From: Octopus sinensis | Lineage: Eukaryota | Direction of reading: 5' to 3' | Length of the DNA: 64,000 bases | NCBI RefSeq assembly: GCF_006345805.1 | Contig: NC_043017.1 | Coordinates: forward strand, 20,646,001-20,710,000 | Shown here: positions 39,761 to 52,472 of the stretch, piece by piece | Numbering within the stretch: position 1 is the stretch's first letter | Layout of the letters: the number at the start of each line of letters is the position of its first letter | Position numbers and translations under genes: made by a program | Notes under the pieces: generated by a model | The model's input: only the letters and a program-made list of their open reading frames with translations | What the model was told of the DNA's origin: nothing | Databases searched by the model: none

Positions 39761-40132
39761 TGCTGAACCCAAGCACTGACTTGCAAAGATCTCATATCAG
39801 GGCCAAAGAGATATTATCTCTAGACAAGGCCAGATTAAGACCCATAGAGGCTCTAAGCCCTTTAAAGATTTTGGTGCCCCCATGTATATGTAATTCAAAA
39901 TATAGATAAACAGTAAGATGGAAAAGTCTTTGCTCAGATCCTCCCTATGACACCATGAACACTTTGAAATTATATTTCCAATCATATGAACCACTTCAAA
40001 TATTATCTAAGGAAATCTAAAGTGATTTCTTTTGTGCCATAAACCATCTATCATTTCTGTGGTGCCCCCTCCTTCCCTTGATGCCCTAAGCACATGCTTA
40101 TTTTGCTTAATGGTTAATCCAACCCTGTCTCA

Positions 40133-40558
40133 AAATTCGAACCAAAATCGATCAACATCAATGGAAATTGTAGCTGTGATACCAGTGCCGGTGACACATA
40201 AGAGAATCATCCGAATGTGGCTGTTGCCAGCGCGGCCCCGATTGGCTTCCATGTCGATGGCACGTAAAAAGCACCATCCGATCGTGGCCATTGCCAGCCT
40301 CGCCTGGCCTCCGTGCCAGTGGCATGTAAAAAGCACCATCCAATCATGGCTGTTTGCCAGCCTCATCTGGCACCTGTGTCAGTGGCACATATAAAGCACC
40401 CACTACACTCACGAAGTGGTTGGCATTAGGAAGGGCGTCCAGCTGTAGAAACATTGCCAGATCAGACTGGGCCTGGTGCAGCTTCTGGCTTCCCAGACCC
40501 CAGTTGCACCGTCCAACCCATGCTAGCATGGAAAGAGGATGCTAAATGATGATGATGA
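40133..40558 (+). mobile_element. Family D retroposon
   Basis: Same units and tail as 29001-29315. Confidence 0.85.
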
Positions 40559-40561
40559 TAC

Positions 40562-40739
40562 ATTCATTAATTAAATTCTTTGGCTCCATGTGTTGCATAG
40601 GATACCAACAAGATATCTCCATCTATCTCAATCCTTGACAACGGGTTACATTTGCCCCAGATGGTGCCACCTCCCAGGACCTCAATTTCTTGCAGACCTT
40701 CTCCATGTTGCTTTAGGTCTGCCATAGCTCCGTCCCATA
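40562..40739 (-). mobile_element. RTE-like LINE 3' fragment (different family)
   Basis: GRPKATWRRS...(frameshift)...DRWRYLVGILCNTWSQRI* with AATG tail. Confidence 0.7.
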
Positions 40740-41431
40740 TTCCTAAGATAATATTTGAAGTGGTTCATATGATTGGAAATATAATTTCAAAGTGTTCATG
40801 GTGTCATAGGGAGGATCTGAGCAAAGACTTTTCCATCTTACTGTTTATTTATATTTTGAATTACATATACATAGGGACAACAAAATCTTTAAAGGGCTTA
40901 GGGCCTCTATGGGTCTTAATCTGGCCCTGTATAGAGATAATATCTCTTTGGCCCTGATATGAGATCTTTGCAAGTCAGTGCTTGGGTTTGGCAGCTGTTG
41001 TTTAGCCCTCAGGAGTATCAGACCACCACCTTCCAGTGGATAAAATTCCATTTAAAACTTCAGAGTCAGAAGGTACGATGACTTCTAAACAAGGACACAG
41101 GCACAGCACTGCTCTGCCAAATCCTGCAAAATGATGAAGACACCAAAGCCAAGCTGTACAATTGATGTCTGTATTATATAACAAGCAAATGTTTTCACAG
41201 CCAAGTGTTACCAAATAATGCATGAACAAACACCGTTTGTAAATATCCTTTTGTATCCATGATCACTGTTAATCATCCTAATTTACTGTCTGTCTGTTTG
41301 TTTGTCTGTCTATTTTTGTATCTGTCTGTCAATGTATGTGTTTCTCTGTCTGTCTGTCTGTGTATGTATTTGTCTGTCTGTCTGTCTATTTATCTATCTG
41401 TCTACATATCAGTTTGTCTCTCTGTCTATCT

Positions 41432-41826
41432 ATACTCTTTTACTTGTTTCAGTCATTTGAGTGCGGCCATGCTGGAGCACCGCCTTTTAATTGAGCAACT
41501 CGACCCTGGGACTTATTCTTTTGTAAGCCCAGTACTTATTCTATCGGTCACTTTTGCAGAACCGCTAAGTAACGGGGACATAAACACACCAGTGTCGGTT
41601 GTCAAGCAATGCTAGGGGGACAAACACACATGCATATATATATATATATATATACGCATGTACAGTGGACGTCTTTCAGTTTCCATCTACCAAATCCACT
41701 CACAAGGCTTTGGTCGGCCCGAGGCTATAGTGGAAGACTTTTGCCCAAGGTGCCACGCAGTGGGACTGAACCTGGAACCATGTGGTTGCTAAACAAGCTA
41801 CTTACCACACAGCCACTCCTGCGCCT
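41432..41826 (-). mobile_element. SINE A, full length, young
   Basis: Near consensus. Confidence 0.92.
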
Positions 41827-42999
41827 ATCTGTCTGTCTATTTATCTCACTGTCTGTCTGTGTATGTGTTTCTCTGTCTGTCTGTCAGTATATCTGTCTGT
41901 TTGTCTCTCTCTCTATCTGTCCATGTATCTGTCTGTCTCTGTACCCATCTATCTGTCAGCAGATCTGTCTGTCTGTCACTCTCTCCATCTCTCCCCCTAT
42001 TTGTCTATCTGTCCATATATCTTTCTGCCTGTATATCTCACTCTCCCTCTATCCATCCATGTATCTGTCTGTGTGTCCATCTATCTCTCTATCTGTGTCT
42101 GTCTTTCTGTTTCTTTGAGGTACGTATCCGTATCCGTGGTTGATGCAGTGGCAATGGGGTAGAAACGATAAGAACTGGCCCTTAGGAAAGTCATCCGAAC
42201 CACAAAATTAACCATATTTTGAGACAATTTACCCTGAGCCCTAGGCTAAAAAAACCAAAAACAAACAAAAAAAAAAACCAACAAAAAGCCAAAAAAAAAA
42301 AAAAAAAACCAACAAAAAGCCAAAAAAAAAAAAAAAACCAATGCCAACAAAAGGAAGGAAAGAGGAAAAAACGAAAAGAGGGAAACCCCGAATGGTTTGG
42401 CCTCTTCTCTTATCACTACAAACATTATATGATGGATTGGCAAATGAAAACAAACAGTATTAATGGTTAATGACTAAATTAAAAGATAAAACAGGCTGTT
42501 ATGTAAACAAATTACATTAATTGGGTTTGTGAGTGTGGAGGGTGGGTGGTGGTAGTTGGGGGGCTGTGGTGGTTAATGGAACGGTGAGGGGGGTGGGTTG
42601 ATTTGGGTGGTCGTGGTGGTGGTGGTGGTCATGGTGGTGTTGTTGGTGGTGGAAAGGGGTGGATGTTGGTGGACCCGAGGCAGGGGGTGGGTGGGTGAAG
42701 CAGAGTAGCAGGGGGTAGGTGGGTATTGGGAGATTGGAGTGGTGGGATATAGGGGAAGGTGGAGAGAGGAGGAATGGTGGGAACAGGGAAGGAGCGGTGG
42801 TTGGTAAGTTTGGTTGGTTGGTTGGTCGGTGGGACAGGGCTGGAATTATCAGTTTGTCAGATAAAACTTTGATTAACAACAATAGAAGTTGATATATATA
42901 TGTATATATATATATATATAATATATATATATATATATCTATATATATATTATATATATATATATTTATATGTATGTATATATCTATATCTATGTTTCT

Positions 43000-43045
<46 letters not shown>

Positions 43046-43089
43046 ATATTTATATGTATGTATATATTTATATCTATCTTTCTATATAC

Positions 43090-43120
<31 letters not shown>

Positions 43121-43591
43121 TGTATTATACATTTATATATATCTATATACATATAAATATATTTATATATAAATATGTATATTCATATATGTAAATATAT
43201 ATTTATATATATACATATATATATGTGTATGTATATATATATATATATATATATATCTATCTATATATATATTATATATATATCTATCTATATACATATA
43301 TATATATTTATATATAAATATGTATATTCATATATGTAAATATATATTTATCTATACATATGTGTATGTGTATGTGTGTATATATATATATATATATAAA
43401 TATAGTTGAAGCGTTTGGGTGAGATGGGGGTTGTGGGTTTGTTTTGGTTTTGGCTTCAATGTCTGGAACGGATTGGAAAAAAAGGGGGGAAAAAACAAAT
43501 AAATAGAAATGCATCTTTTGTGCGGGAGTTGCAAAAAAGAAAAACTCGGTGAGGAACTGTGGGGTGGGGGAAATAGTGTGGAAAGAATGTG

Positions 43592-43639
43592 TGTAGACAG
43601 CTATTCTGTTTCCAACCTAGACAAGGCCTCTTCAGCCAC
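43592..43639 (-). ncRNA. Type I hammerhead-like motif, intact core, decayed stem I
   Basis: GTGG-CTGAAGA-GGCCT(TGTCT)AGGTT-G-GAAA-CAG(AATAG)CTG-TC/TACAC. Confidence 0.5.
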
Positions 43640-43771
43640 TGTATGAAGGCCCTTAGATAATATTTAACTTCAAGCAATTCTTAAGTGACTATATTCAAAG
43701 ACATTTCAAGCACGACTGTCTGGTCTTATTTATATATCTAGGATTAACAATGCATGCAACACCAACGTATA

Positions 43772-43935
43772 TGATGGGCTTCTTTCAGTTTCTGTCTACC
43801 AAATCCACTCACAAAGCTTTGGTCTGCCTGAGGCTTTGTAAAAGACACTTGCCCAAGGTGCCACTCAGTGAGACTGAACACAGAACCATGAAGTCAGGAA
43901 GCAAACTTCTTATCACACACCCATACCTACACCTA
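43772..43935 (-). mobile_element. SINE A, 5' half
   Basis: Head match. Confidence 0.8.
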
Positions 43936-44794
43936 TAGTTTTTTAAATTAAAAATGTTCTGGAAAGTCAAGGCCAGAGTTTGGGTTAGTGACATGGAGTG
44001 GGGTGGGATTAGTTGAGGGCTTGCATAAAGTAAAGTGCTTCATATAACCTTGGACAGTGTATAAACTATTAAGTACATTGTCTGGTGGGTCTAGCTAAAA
44101 ACAAGGTTTTTATATACAACATTCTAATAGCTAACTAAAAGAAAAAGAGAAAAAAAATATTTGATTTAATATGCCTACAGACCTGAAATAAATAGCAAAA
44201 CACTTCTGGAAACGGAATAACAAAACTTTGGCAAAATTAGCATTGAAATGACACAATTAAGACTCACTGAATATTTAATGAATGTAAGAATGTAGATCTG
44301 ACAGAAATAGATATCTGTTATGGACTTTCTATTGAAATACTACACTGATGTCATTCCAAAATGTTTGGCATGGTGTGGGGGAAGCGAGGAAAGGGATACC
44401 GAACCAAAGAAAGAAGGAGCTATTTACTGACAAGATGCTAATAAAATGAAATGTCAGTCACAGATATACCAGAGTTTGTTAGTTTACAATATGTGAAACT
44501 TAATAAAGCAACATGTCAGTCCCAGGTCTTAACAAGTCTGTTACTTTAGAAATAGTGTGTCAGATATTTAGGGTTTTTTTTTTATCTTGTTTTTATCTTC
44601 TTTTTAAACTAAACTATTGATTTACAGTTCAGAAATGAACATCAGTAAATATATAAATAAAAATAAATTTAATTGCATGCATATTTTAATGAGTCTGGAA
44701 AATATCAAAGACTTTATGTTATGTTTCACTAATGAGAAACTTCTAATTAGGATCTGTTTTGTATTTCGGCAATACTTTAGCTTTGTATGTAGTT

Positions 44795-45195
44795 ATGAGC
44801 ACCATGAAAAGCGACAGAAAGCTAAATGTGTTCCACCAAAGGTTCTTTTTGAAGGATTCTGGGAACGTGCTGCCAAGACTACATAACTATTGAAGACATT
44901 CGAAAGACAACCAACACAAGACCACTCATTACAGTACAAAGATTAAAACTAGCTGGTCACATACTTTGGCCATCAGAACAACACCATTTTAAAACAGATT
45001 TCAAACTGACACCATTGGAGGGGAAAATAAAGAGAGGAAGAATGAAAGCTATGTAACGCAGAACATTCATAACTGACATAAGAGAAACTAATATCACATG
45101 ACTGGATGTAGAGGAAACTGTAGTCAACAGAAACCAGTGGTGTCCACTTGCTGCCTAATATGCAGAAGTACACCAAAGGAACTGGTATCAACTAA
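44795..45195 (+). mobile_element. RTE-like LINE 3' fragment, old
   Basis: MKSDRKLNVFHQR...QDYITIEDIRKTTNTRPLITVQRLKLAGHILW...EGKIKRGR...NRNQWCPLAA; 3' piece partly duplicated at 45235-45305. Confidence 0.75.
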
Positions 45196-45609
45196 TGCCA
45201 ATAGATTGAAAGGCAAAGGTGCTTCTGGTCAGGATTTGCCAACAGAAACCAGTGGTGTCAAATTGCTGCCCAATGTGTTTGAGAGCAGACAGAAAAAACT
45301 GATGCTGAGATTGTAGTCTTGAGCAGAAAAATACATCTTATCAACCCTCTTGCCCACAGAACATAAAGCACAAGAAGAAAATGACTCTCCCCAGACACAA
45401 CAGAATATGCTTCAACACACGAACTCATATAAATAATCTTGCAAACCAAATCTCCAAACGAAACATATTTGATATTTTATGCTTTATAAAACATAGATGT
45501 GTTTTGACAAATTACCTGGTAGGATTAATTACAAAATGTTTGTTGAATTTACATAATCTAATTAATTCAATGCTTCAGTGTTTAGCAAGAAATAAATACC
45601 ACTAAAAAT

Positions 45610-45650
<41 letters not shown>

Positions 45651-45663
45651 ATTTTATAGAAGA

Positions 45664-45714
45664 AGCTTCTACAGGACTAGTACTGTTTCATTCAAATGAA
45701 ATCATCAGGAAGCT
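45664..45714 (-). ncRNA. Type I minimal hammerhead ribozyme candidate
   Basis: AGCTTC-CTGATGA-T-TTCA(TT)TGAA-T-GAAA-CAG(TACTAGTC)CTG-TA/GAAGCT. Confidence 0.65.
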
Positions 45715-46362
45715 GCACTGAATATATTATACAATTTTGCTCTAGGTAGTAACATCTTAGTTTTAAATGAATTTGCCAAAAAAAAAAAAAAAAGCCAAAG
45801 AAAGACATGGCAATCATTTTCAAGTTGAGAAATACTTTGGTTTAAAATCTTATCCAAATCAACTTAAATGTTTGACTTTTTCCAAACCAAGATGGAAAAT
45901 AGAATGAGAAATGATTCCAACAAAAGTGAAATATATGACATGACAGGTTGCTTCCAGCACAAAAGCAACATTTTTGCGTTTTGTTCCTGCAATACAAAAG
46001 ACGATGTTGTTGTTGTAAGGACTGACCAGGAAAAATTTAAGGAAGTATTTGGTATATATATATATATTGGTTTGTAAAACAGATTAACAAACTGAAAAGA
46101 AAATTTCTATTTTAGGTCCACAAATAGCATAAGTATGTTTCAGATTGTATTCAAAAGGACCTAAATATAGTTTGGATGCTGAAAAGATGATTGTTCGTGC
46201 TTACCCAAGTGTGACTCTAAAGGTGGATCAGTAAGAAATTAAAATGGCGTGAGAATGTAAGAGGGAAGATCTCCAGTAGCTCTTTTGTAAATAAAGCTAC
46301 AATAAAAACTACAAGGTAGGGAAGGGACTTGTCTCTAGACATAACTAGATCTACAATTCACT

Positions 46363-46406
46363 AAGCACCTTGTCTGAAAACTTTATAACCTTAGACTAAT
46401 ATTGTT

Positions 46407-46477
<71 letters not shown>

Positions 46478-46570
46478 TAGAAAGATAGATAGATGGATAG
46501 AAAGATAGATAGATAGAAAGATAGATAGATAGATAGATGGATGGATGGATGGATGGATGATGGATGGATG

Positions 46571-46627
<57 letters not shown>

Positions 46628-46680
46628 ATAGAAAGCACCTTGTCTGAAAACTTTATAACCTTAGACTAATATTGTTAAAG
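46363..46680. repeat. 48-bp perfect direct repeat flanking a compound (GA)/(GATA)/(GATG) microsatellite
   Basis: AAGCACCTTGTCTGAAAACTTTATAACCTTAGACTAATATTGTTAAAG at 46363-46410 and 46633-46680. Confidence 0.95.
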
Positions 46681-46708
46681 GGAGAGATAGATAGACAGAT
46701 AGATAAAC

Positions 46709-46757
<49 letters not shown>

Positions 46758-47329
46758 GATGGAGAGAAAGAAATGAAGAAAAGGGAAAAACATCATTGTG
46801 TATGGTTTATCTTGGAAACTATTGTACAGGAGACAGTTAAGTAACTAACCTGTTAGTGAATGGGAGAAACCGGCTTTTATCGTCATTCAGCTGGAAATAT
46901 TTTTAAGAACCATTCACAATGGTTGCTTATTCAACTGGAGTTCAGTGAAGTGTTGAATCAATTTGTACTTACCTGAAAAATAAAAAGAAATGAAATTATT
47001 ATAGTTTCCTGTTACTGAATGTTCAGTGTGTGTGTATATATATATATATATTGTATACACACAAACACATATATTCATAGACATGCAAACATATACCCTT
47101 CTGTTTACGTACATACATTGTTTGATTGGTGAACATTTATATTTACAAATAGCAAAAAAAGTACTCAATATATAACATAGAGCATATATATATTTCACTA
47201 GCAACATCAACCGAAGCTTTTCAAAGTGTAATACTGAGTTTTACATTATCGATTATCAAAATAAATTGAAGATGTGAAGCAGCATGACAAAACATGAGTA
47301 GAAGTATTCACAAGAACATGGAAACATGA

Positions 47330-47471
47330 AAACAGTTTTTGCCAGCTGAGTGCAATGGAACAATGTGAAATACAGTATCTTGCTGTAAGACACAAGACAC
47401 TGCCAGGAATTGAACTCATGACTCTGTGATTATGAGCTGAATACTTTAACCACTTAGCCATGAGCCTTCAC
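47330..47471 (-). mobile_element. SINE C head and CORE-like part, decayed
   Basis: Reverse complement of GTGAAGGCTCATGGCTAAGTGGTTAAAGTATTCAGC...GAGTTCAATTCCTGG. Confidence 0.75.
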
Positions 47472-48451
47472 TATTATGAACTGAAGATAAAGAATTCGAG
47501 TGAGGGTTGCAGATGACCATTTGAGAGACGCATAACAAAGTACAGGTGTTTTCTTGCCAATAGATATGTGGCACAAGAATACCAGATATGGCTCTTTGTT
47601 GGTGGATGAGTAAACTAACCTTGCCACTGCCATCATTTAGTCAAGTCTCCCCCTTTTGAATTTGCGTTTGTTTCGGCCCTATCTTATTTCCTGTTTTGTC
47701 ATATTTAGGAGTACTTGGCCCGAAATATCGATAAATATAGATTAATGTCGTATATTTTGAATGGCAAAAGAAAAAAGAAATAACATTCTCAGGTCTGCTG
47801 ATGGCTTCTTTAATTCATTTTATAATGCAATGCCTCCATACATTCCTTCTAAAACAAAGCATACATATATAAATACATACATACATGCATAAATACATAT
47901 ATGTACATATATGTTTGCATGTGTAAGTGTGTGTGTAGTGCATATATATATATATATATATCCACACACACACATATGTACACACACTCAAATATACACA
48001 CATACCCAAACATGTATAAACATACACATACACACAAACACACACACACCTTACATACATGAGCAATTAACTTTAAATTGGTTATATAAGAGAATTTTGA
48101 AATAAGTACCATTATACAAATGTTATAGGAGAGAGAGAGAGAAAGAGAGAGAGAGAGAAACAATGAATGAGGAAGAGTGTAAGAGTAAGTGCATAATTGT
48201 TATTGTTGATCAATAAAATTACATATAAATTGGATGTGTCTCCAGCCTTGAAATATATATTCAATGTTGTTCAGTTATCACCTATAACTACAAATTTGAT
48301 GTGAAGTATACATGAAGCCCAAAAGGAAATGGCTTTTTAACACAGCTACAGATGGAAATATAAAGTGAGACATTTGTAGGTATTTAACTAACTGGTAATA
48401 AATATGGTCTTAAAACCACAGTCGTATTTAGTTTACAGCCAGCATTAACTT

Positions 48452-48775
48452 CCACTCCATTGGTTATGATGATCAGGGGTTCCATTTGATCTGATCAATG
48501 GAACAGCTTGCTTGGGAAATTAAAGTGCAAGTGGCTGAGCACTTCACAGATGCACGTACTCTTAATGTAGTTCTCTGGGAGGTTCTGCATGACACAGAAT
48601 GTGACAAGGCCGGCCCGTTTGAATTACGGGTTCTATTCATTTTCGCCAGCTGAGAGGACTGGAGCATTGTGAAATAAAGTGTCTTGCTCAAGGACACAAC
48701 GTGCTGCTGGGAATTGAACTCACGATCATACGATGATGAGCTGAATACCCTAACCACAAAGTCATGTGCCTTCAC
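48452..48775 (-). mobile_element. SINE C, full length
   Basis: tRNA head, CORE-like TGTGTCCTTGAGCAAGACACT, 3' domain GCTCAGCCACTTGCAC.TTAATTTC. Confidence 0.88.
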
Positions 48776-49213
48776 CACAATACTAAGACACATAACACAT
48801 CACACACAACAAATGCAAAACACATTCATCAGCCAATAAAACATCACAACACATGTTCGTATATTTTACAAAATCTGTATCTAAATCTGCAATGCAGCAT
48901 AACTCACACTACACATGTTCCACATAATCACAGCCTTACATAAAACAGAACTTGCAGTCTTTGTGACACAACAGAGAAAATAACAAAGATCAGAAAGAAA
49001 CAAAATGAAAACCAACTGCCAACATTCAAAATGCAGTTCTGTTTCACCAAAAGTCAAAGCCTGCACACGCCTCAGGAACATGGCGATGCACTTAGTGGTG
49101 CAGCAGTAAATAACTTGCATGGAACTGCAGAAAAATTATGATAATAATTTCTTGATTTCTTCAGAAAATAAATATGAATATCCTTGCCCCAAGACACAGC
49201 ATAATATCATGCC

Positions 49214-49395
<182 letters not shown>

Positions 49396-50520
49396 AATAA
49401 TAATGATAACTATGACATTGTCAAATGATAACAACAATTTGTTTTGTGTTTCCCCTCTGGATTTATACATTCTGTGAAGCAGGTAGATTCCGTGTTTTCA
49501 TGAAAACTGTTATTTCGTTATTACACCTTAACGGCTTATGGGCATTTTTATCATTTATTTACAGCTCTTTAATTATAAATGCCTTATCCTTTGAAGTGGA
49601 AAGAAATTTATCGATTACAAGATCCGTCATTGTGAGTTGTGATCCCTTCATCTGGATGGCTTTCATGGAACTTTCTCGTGTATAAACCCATATATCCATT
49701 TATTAAATAAGCAGAGTGTTTCTTGCAGGCTTCAATTGTGGAATATACATTTCGTACAAACCAGGGATTATGCTTAATATAATATTCTTTTTAAATGCTT
49801 TCAGAGAACTTTTTAACCGAAATTCTTACCATTTCATTCTCTTCAAATATACACTAATACTTCCTTCAAATATGATGATTTCTGCAATGTTAAAGAATGC
49901 ATAATATCCACTACCTAAAAGAGATGGTGAAAAAATCCATTGAAAATAATGTCTTCTGTTCTGATTCTTTATTTTCCCATGATACATCATTATATCGGAA
50001 TATTTATACAGGACCGCAGAAAATAAGAGAATAAAGATTCTACAAATAAAATAAAAGCAGCAGCTCTCCTACCATAGTTCTGTTCAGAAAGAATATCTTA
50101 TTACAAACAATATTAATAGCCACTGTTTCTCCAGGTTTTCTGGTGCCATTCTTTCAATATTTTGAATTCTACCTGGAATTCTGCAACCTTCTAAATCACT
50201 AAACACAATGACCATTTTATTTTCCTTTTGTCCTTCCCCCCTCATAAAACAAAACTACATTACTTTTAAGTGGGTATTTCTTCCCTGCTCCCATCTCTTG
50301 TTTCACGCTTTCTTTTCAATTATTAACCCTCAATTCTTCAAATGTGATATAAACTGCACAACTCACTTTGTTTTCAACCAAATATTGTCTAAACTCATAT
50401 CCGGCATTCAGCTGTTTCTTCAAATGCTGCTTTCTTCTTCACATTCTGTTTCTTCTTCATCATCATCACCCTCTTCGTCATTGTTGTCAACAACAACAAC
50501 AATGGCGGCGGCGGCAACAA

Positions 50521-50551
<31 letters not shown>

Positions 50552-50969
50552 TCCAACCCTTTTATTTAAATGAATTTTCCCACGGACCCCTTTTAATATG
50601 CGCCCCCTTGAAACACGCTGGAGTTGAACTAGGGACAGCTGATGAAGGGGATTTTTCCTTGTGTAGTTTGTCTTGTACTGTTTTTCGTTGTAAAAAAATG
50701 GTCTATTCCATGCTTGTTTTTCCGTTTTCGTTTCTCGTTGAGTTCTACGTCTAGTTGTGGTGTCCTGTACTCACGTATATATATTTATATATGCATGTAT
50801 ATATACATGTAGATGTAGGTACGTACATATATGTTTGTATGTATGCATATATTTTATTTATTACACTATTATATATATATATTTAAATATATATATATAT
50901 ACATACATATGCATATAAATATGAAATTTTGAATTTAGTTCATGGACTTCCAGGTTGGGAACGACTGTA

Positions 50970-51225
50970 CTATAGCCTCAGGTTGAGCAAAGACTTGGGA
51001 GCAGATCTGATAGATGGAAACTGAAAAAAGCCCATCATATAGGTGTGTGTGTGTGTGTCTTTGTTTCTGCATATGTCCCCCACCATCATTGGACAACCAG
51101 CGTTGGTATGTCACCATTCCTGTAACTTAGTGGTTTGGCAAAAGAAACTGACAGACTAAGTCCCAGAGTTTAAAAATAAGCACCGTTCAACTAAGCCCTT
51201 CATAGCAGTGCCCCAGCATGGCCAA
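50970..51225 (+). mobile_element. SINE A, headless and decayed
   Basis: ACTATAGCCTCAGG...GGAAACTGAAA...CCCCAGCATGGCC. Confidence 0.7.
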
Positions 51226-52254
51226 GATTAGGAAGTGGATGTTATGCTTTCTTTAGCACTGCAAAAGTCATCATATTAGAAAGGAACACATCAGTGTATA
51301 TTTAAAGAGGGTGAAATGGTAAGAATTCCAACAAAATGTTCTTTAAAAAGCATTTGTAAAGAATATCATATTAAGCATAATCTCTGGTTTGTTGAGAATA
51401 AATTTTCCACAACAGAAACCTGCAAAATTTCTTCACAGCCTCCCAACACATTTCATATCTCAATGAAGAAGGTCTCCCTGCATGAAAATGTCAAAGATCA
51501 TTTCTCTTCAAGGAACACAAAAAATTATTTTATTTTATTAATTTTTATCCTTTGTTTTTTTGTTGTTGTCGTTTCCTGATACAGATCGTTACAAATTGCC
51601 TTGAAATCTAATATTTGTTTTCTTAATTAACCTTGTAGTATGGTCGTCACAGAAACCCAAAATTGAGAAACTAGTTTGGCGCTGAAAATTTCAAGCATGT
51701 CGCATCGAGGAAACTAACACATATTTCTTCCACTACTCTAGCCTGCAAGATTCTTGGCCCCCGCAACTGGTTAGAAAAACAAAAGATCAATCAACTTGAA
51801 ATTTAGCTGCAGGGGTTCAAACCACATGCGTTCTTATATTTCAGTACATATGGTTAGGGTTACAACAGACATGACATAGTTATGTGAAACACAGCAGGGA
51901 CACCACTAGCTGTACAGTGCCCCAAATTTCATGGAGAGTTAATAAGTCTACCACTTGTATATGACAAACAGCAAGCTTTTACAGGAAGCCTGACCTTATA
52001 AAAACAACAGCCAAATTACTCTCAAGTCACATCCGACTCATTGAGAAATGAAGAACATTACTGTTGGATAATTTAGTGAATGAATGAATGAGTATGGGTG
52101 AATGTGGGTGTGTGAATGTTGAGATTTTGCTACTCACTATATGAGTTAAGTAGTGCTTATGTACATATTATGGCCACGCAATCATATTGTTATCATTACT
52201 ATTGCAATCCGTCAATTGTAAATAATGTAAATATTGTTACTATAATTCATCTGT

Positions 52255-52398
52255 CTTTGCATTCCAAATTCCGCTGAGGTCAACTTTACCTTTCATCTTA
52301 ACGGGGTCAATAAATTAAGTACCCGCTGAGTTCTGGGGCAACATCATCAACTTAACCCCTCCCTCAAAATTTCAAGCCTTGTACATATAGTAGAAAGG

Positions 52399-52400
<2 letters not shown>
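52255..52400 (+). mobile_element. SINE B' with (ATT)n tail
   Basis: B core and GTAGAAAGGATTATT. Confidence 0.8.
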
Positions 52401-52463
<63 letters not shown>

Positions 52464-52472
52464 TATTATTAT

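Larger units (their letters stand above)
39742..41013. repeat. Long inverted repeat: arms 39742-40014 and 40740-41013
   Basis: About 273 bp at ~96% identity by eye (10 substitutions, 1 indel); the ORF track shows the same peptide on opposite strands. Confidence 0.95.

Noticed and set aside
50634-50672. Hammerhead-like GACAG-CTGATGA-AGGGG..TTCC...TTGTC
   Set aside because: Stems I and II can form but GAAA and the cleavage triplet are absent; at most a dead relic.
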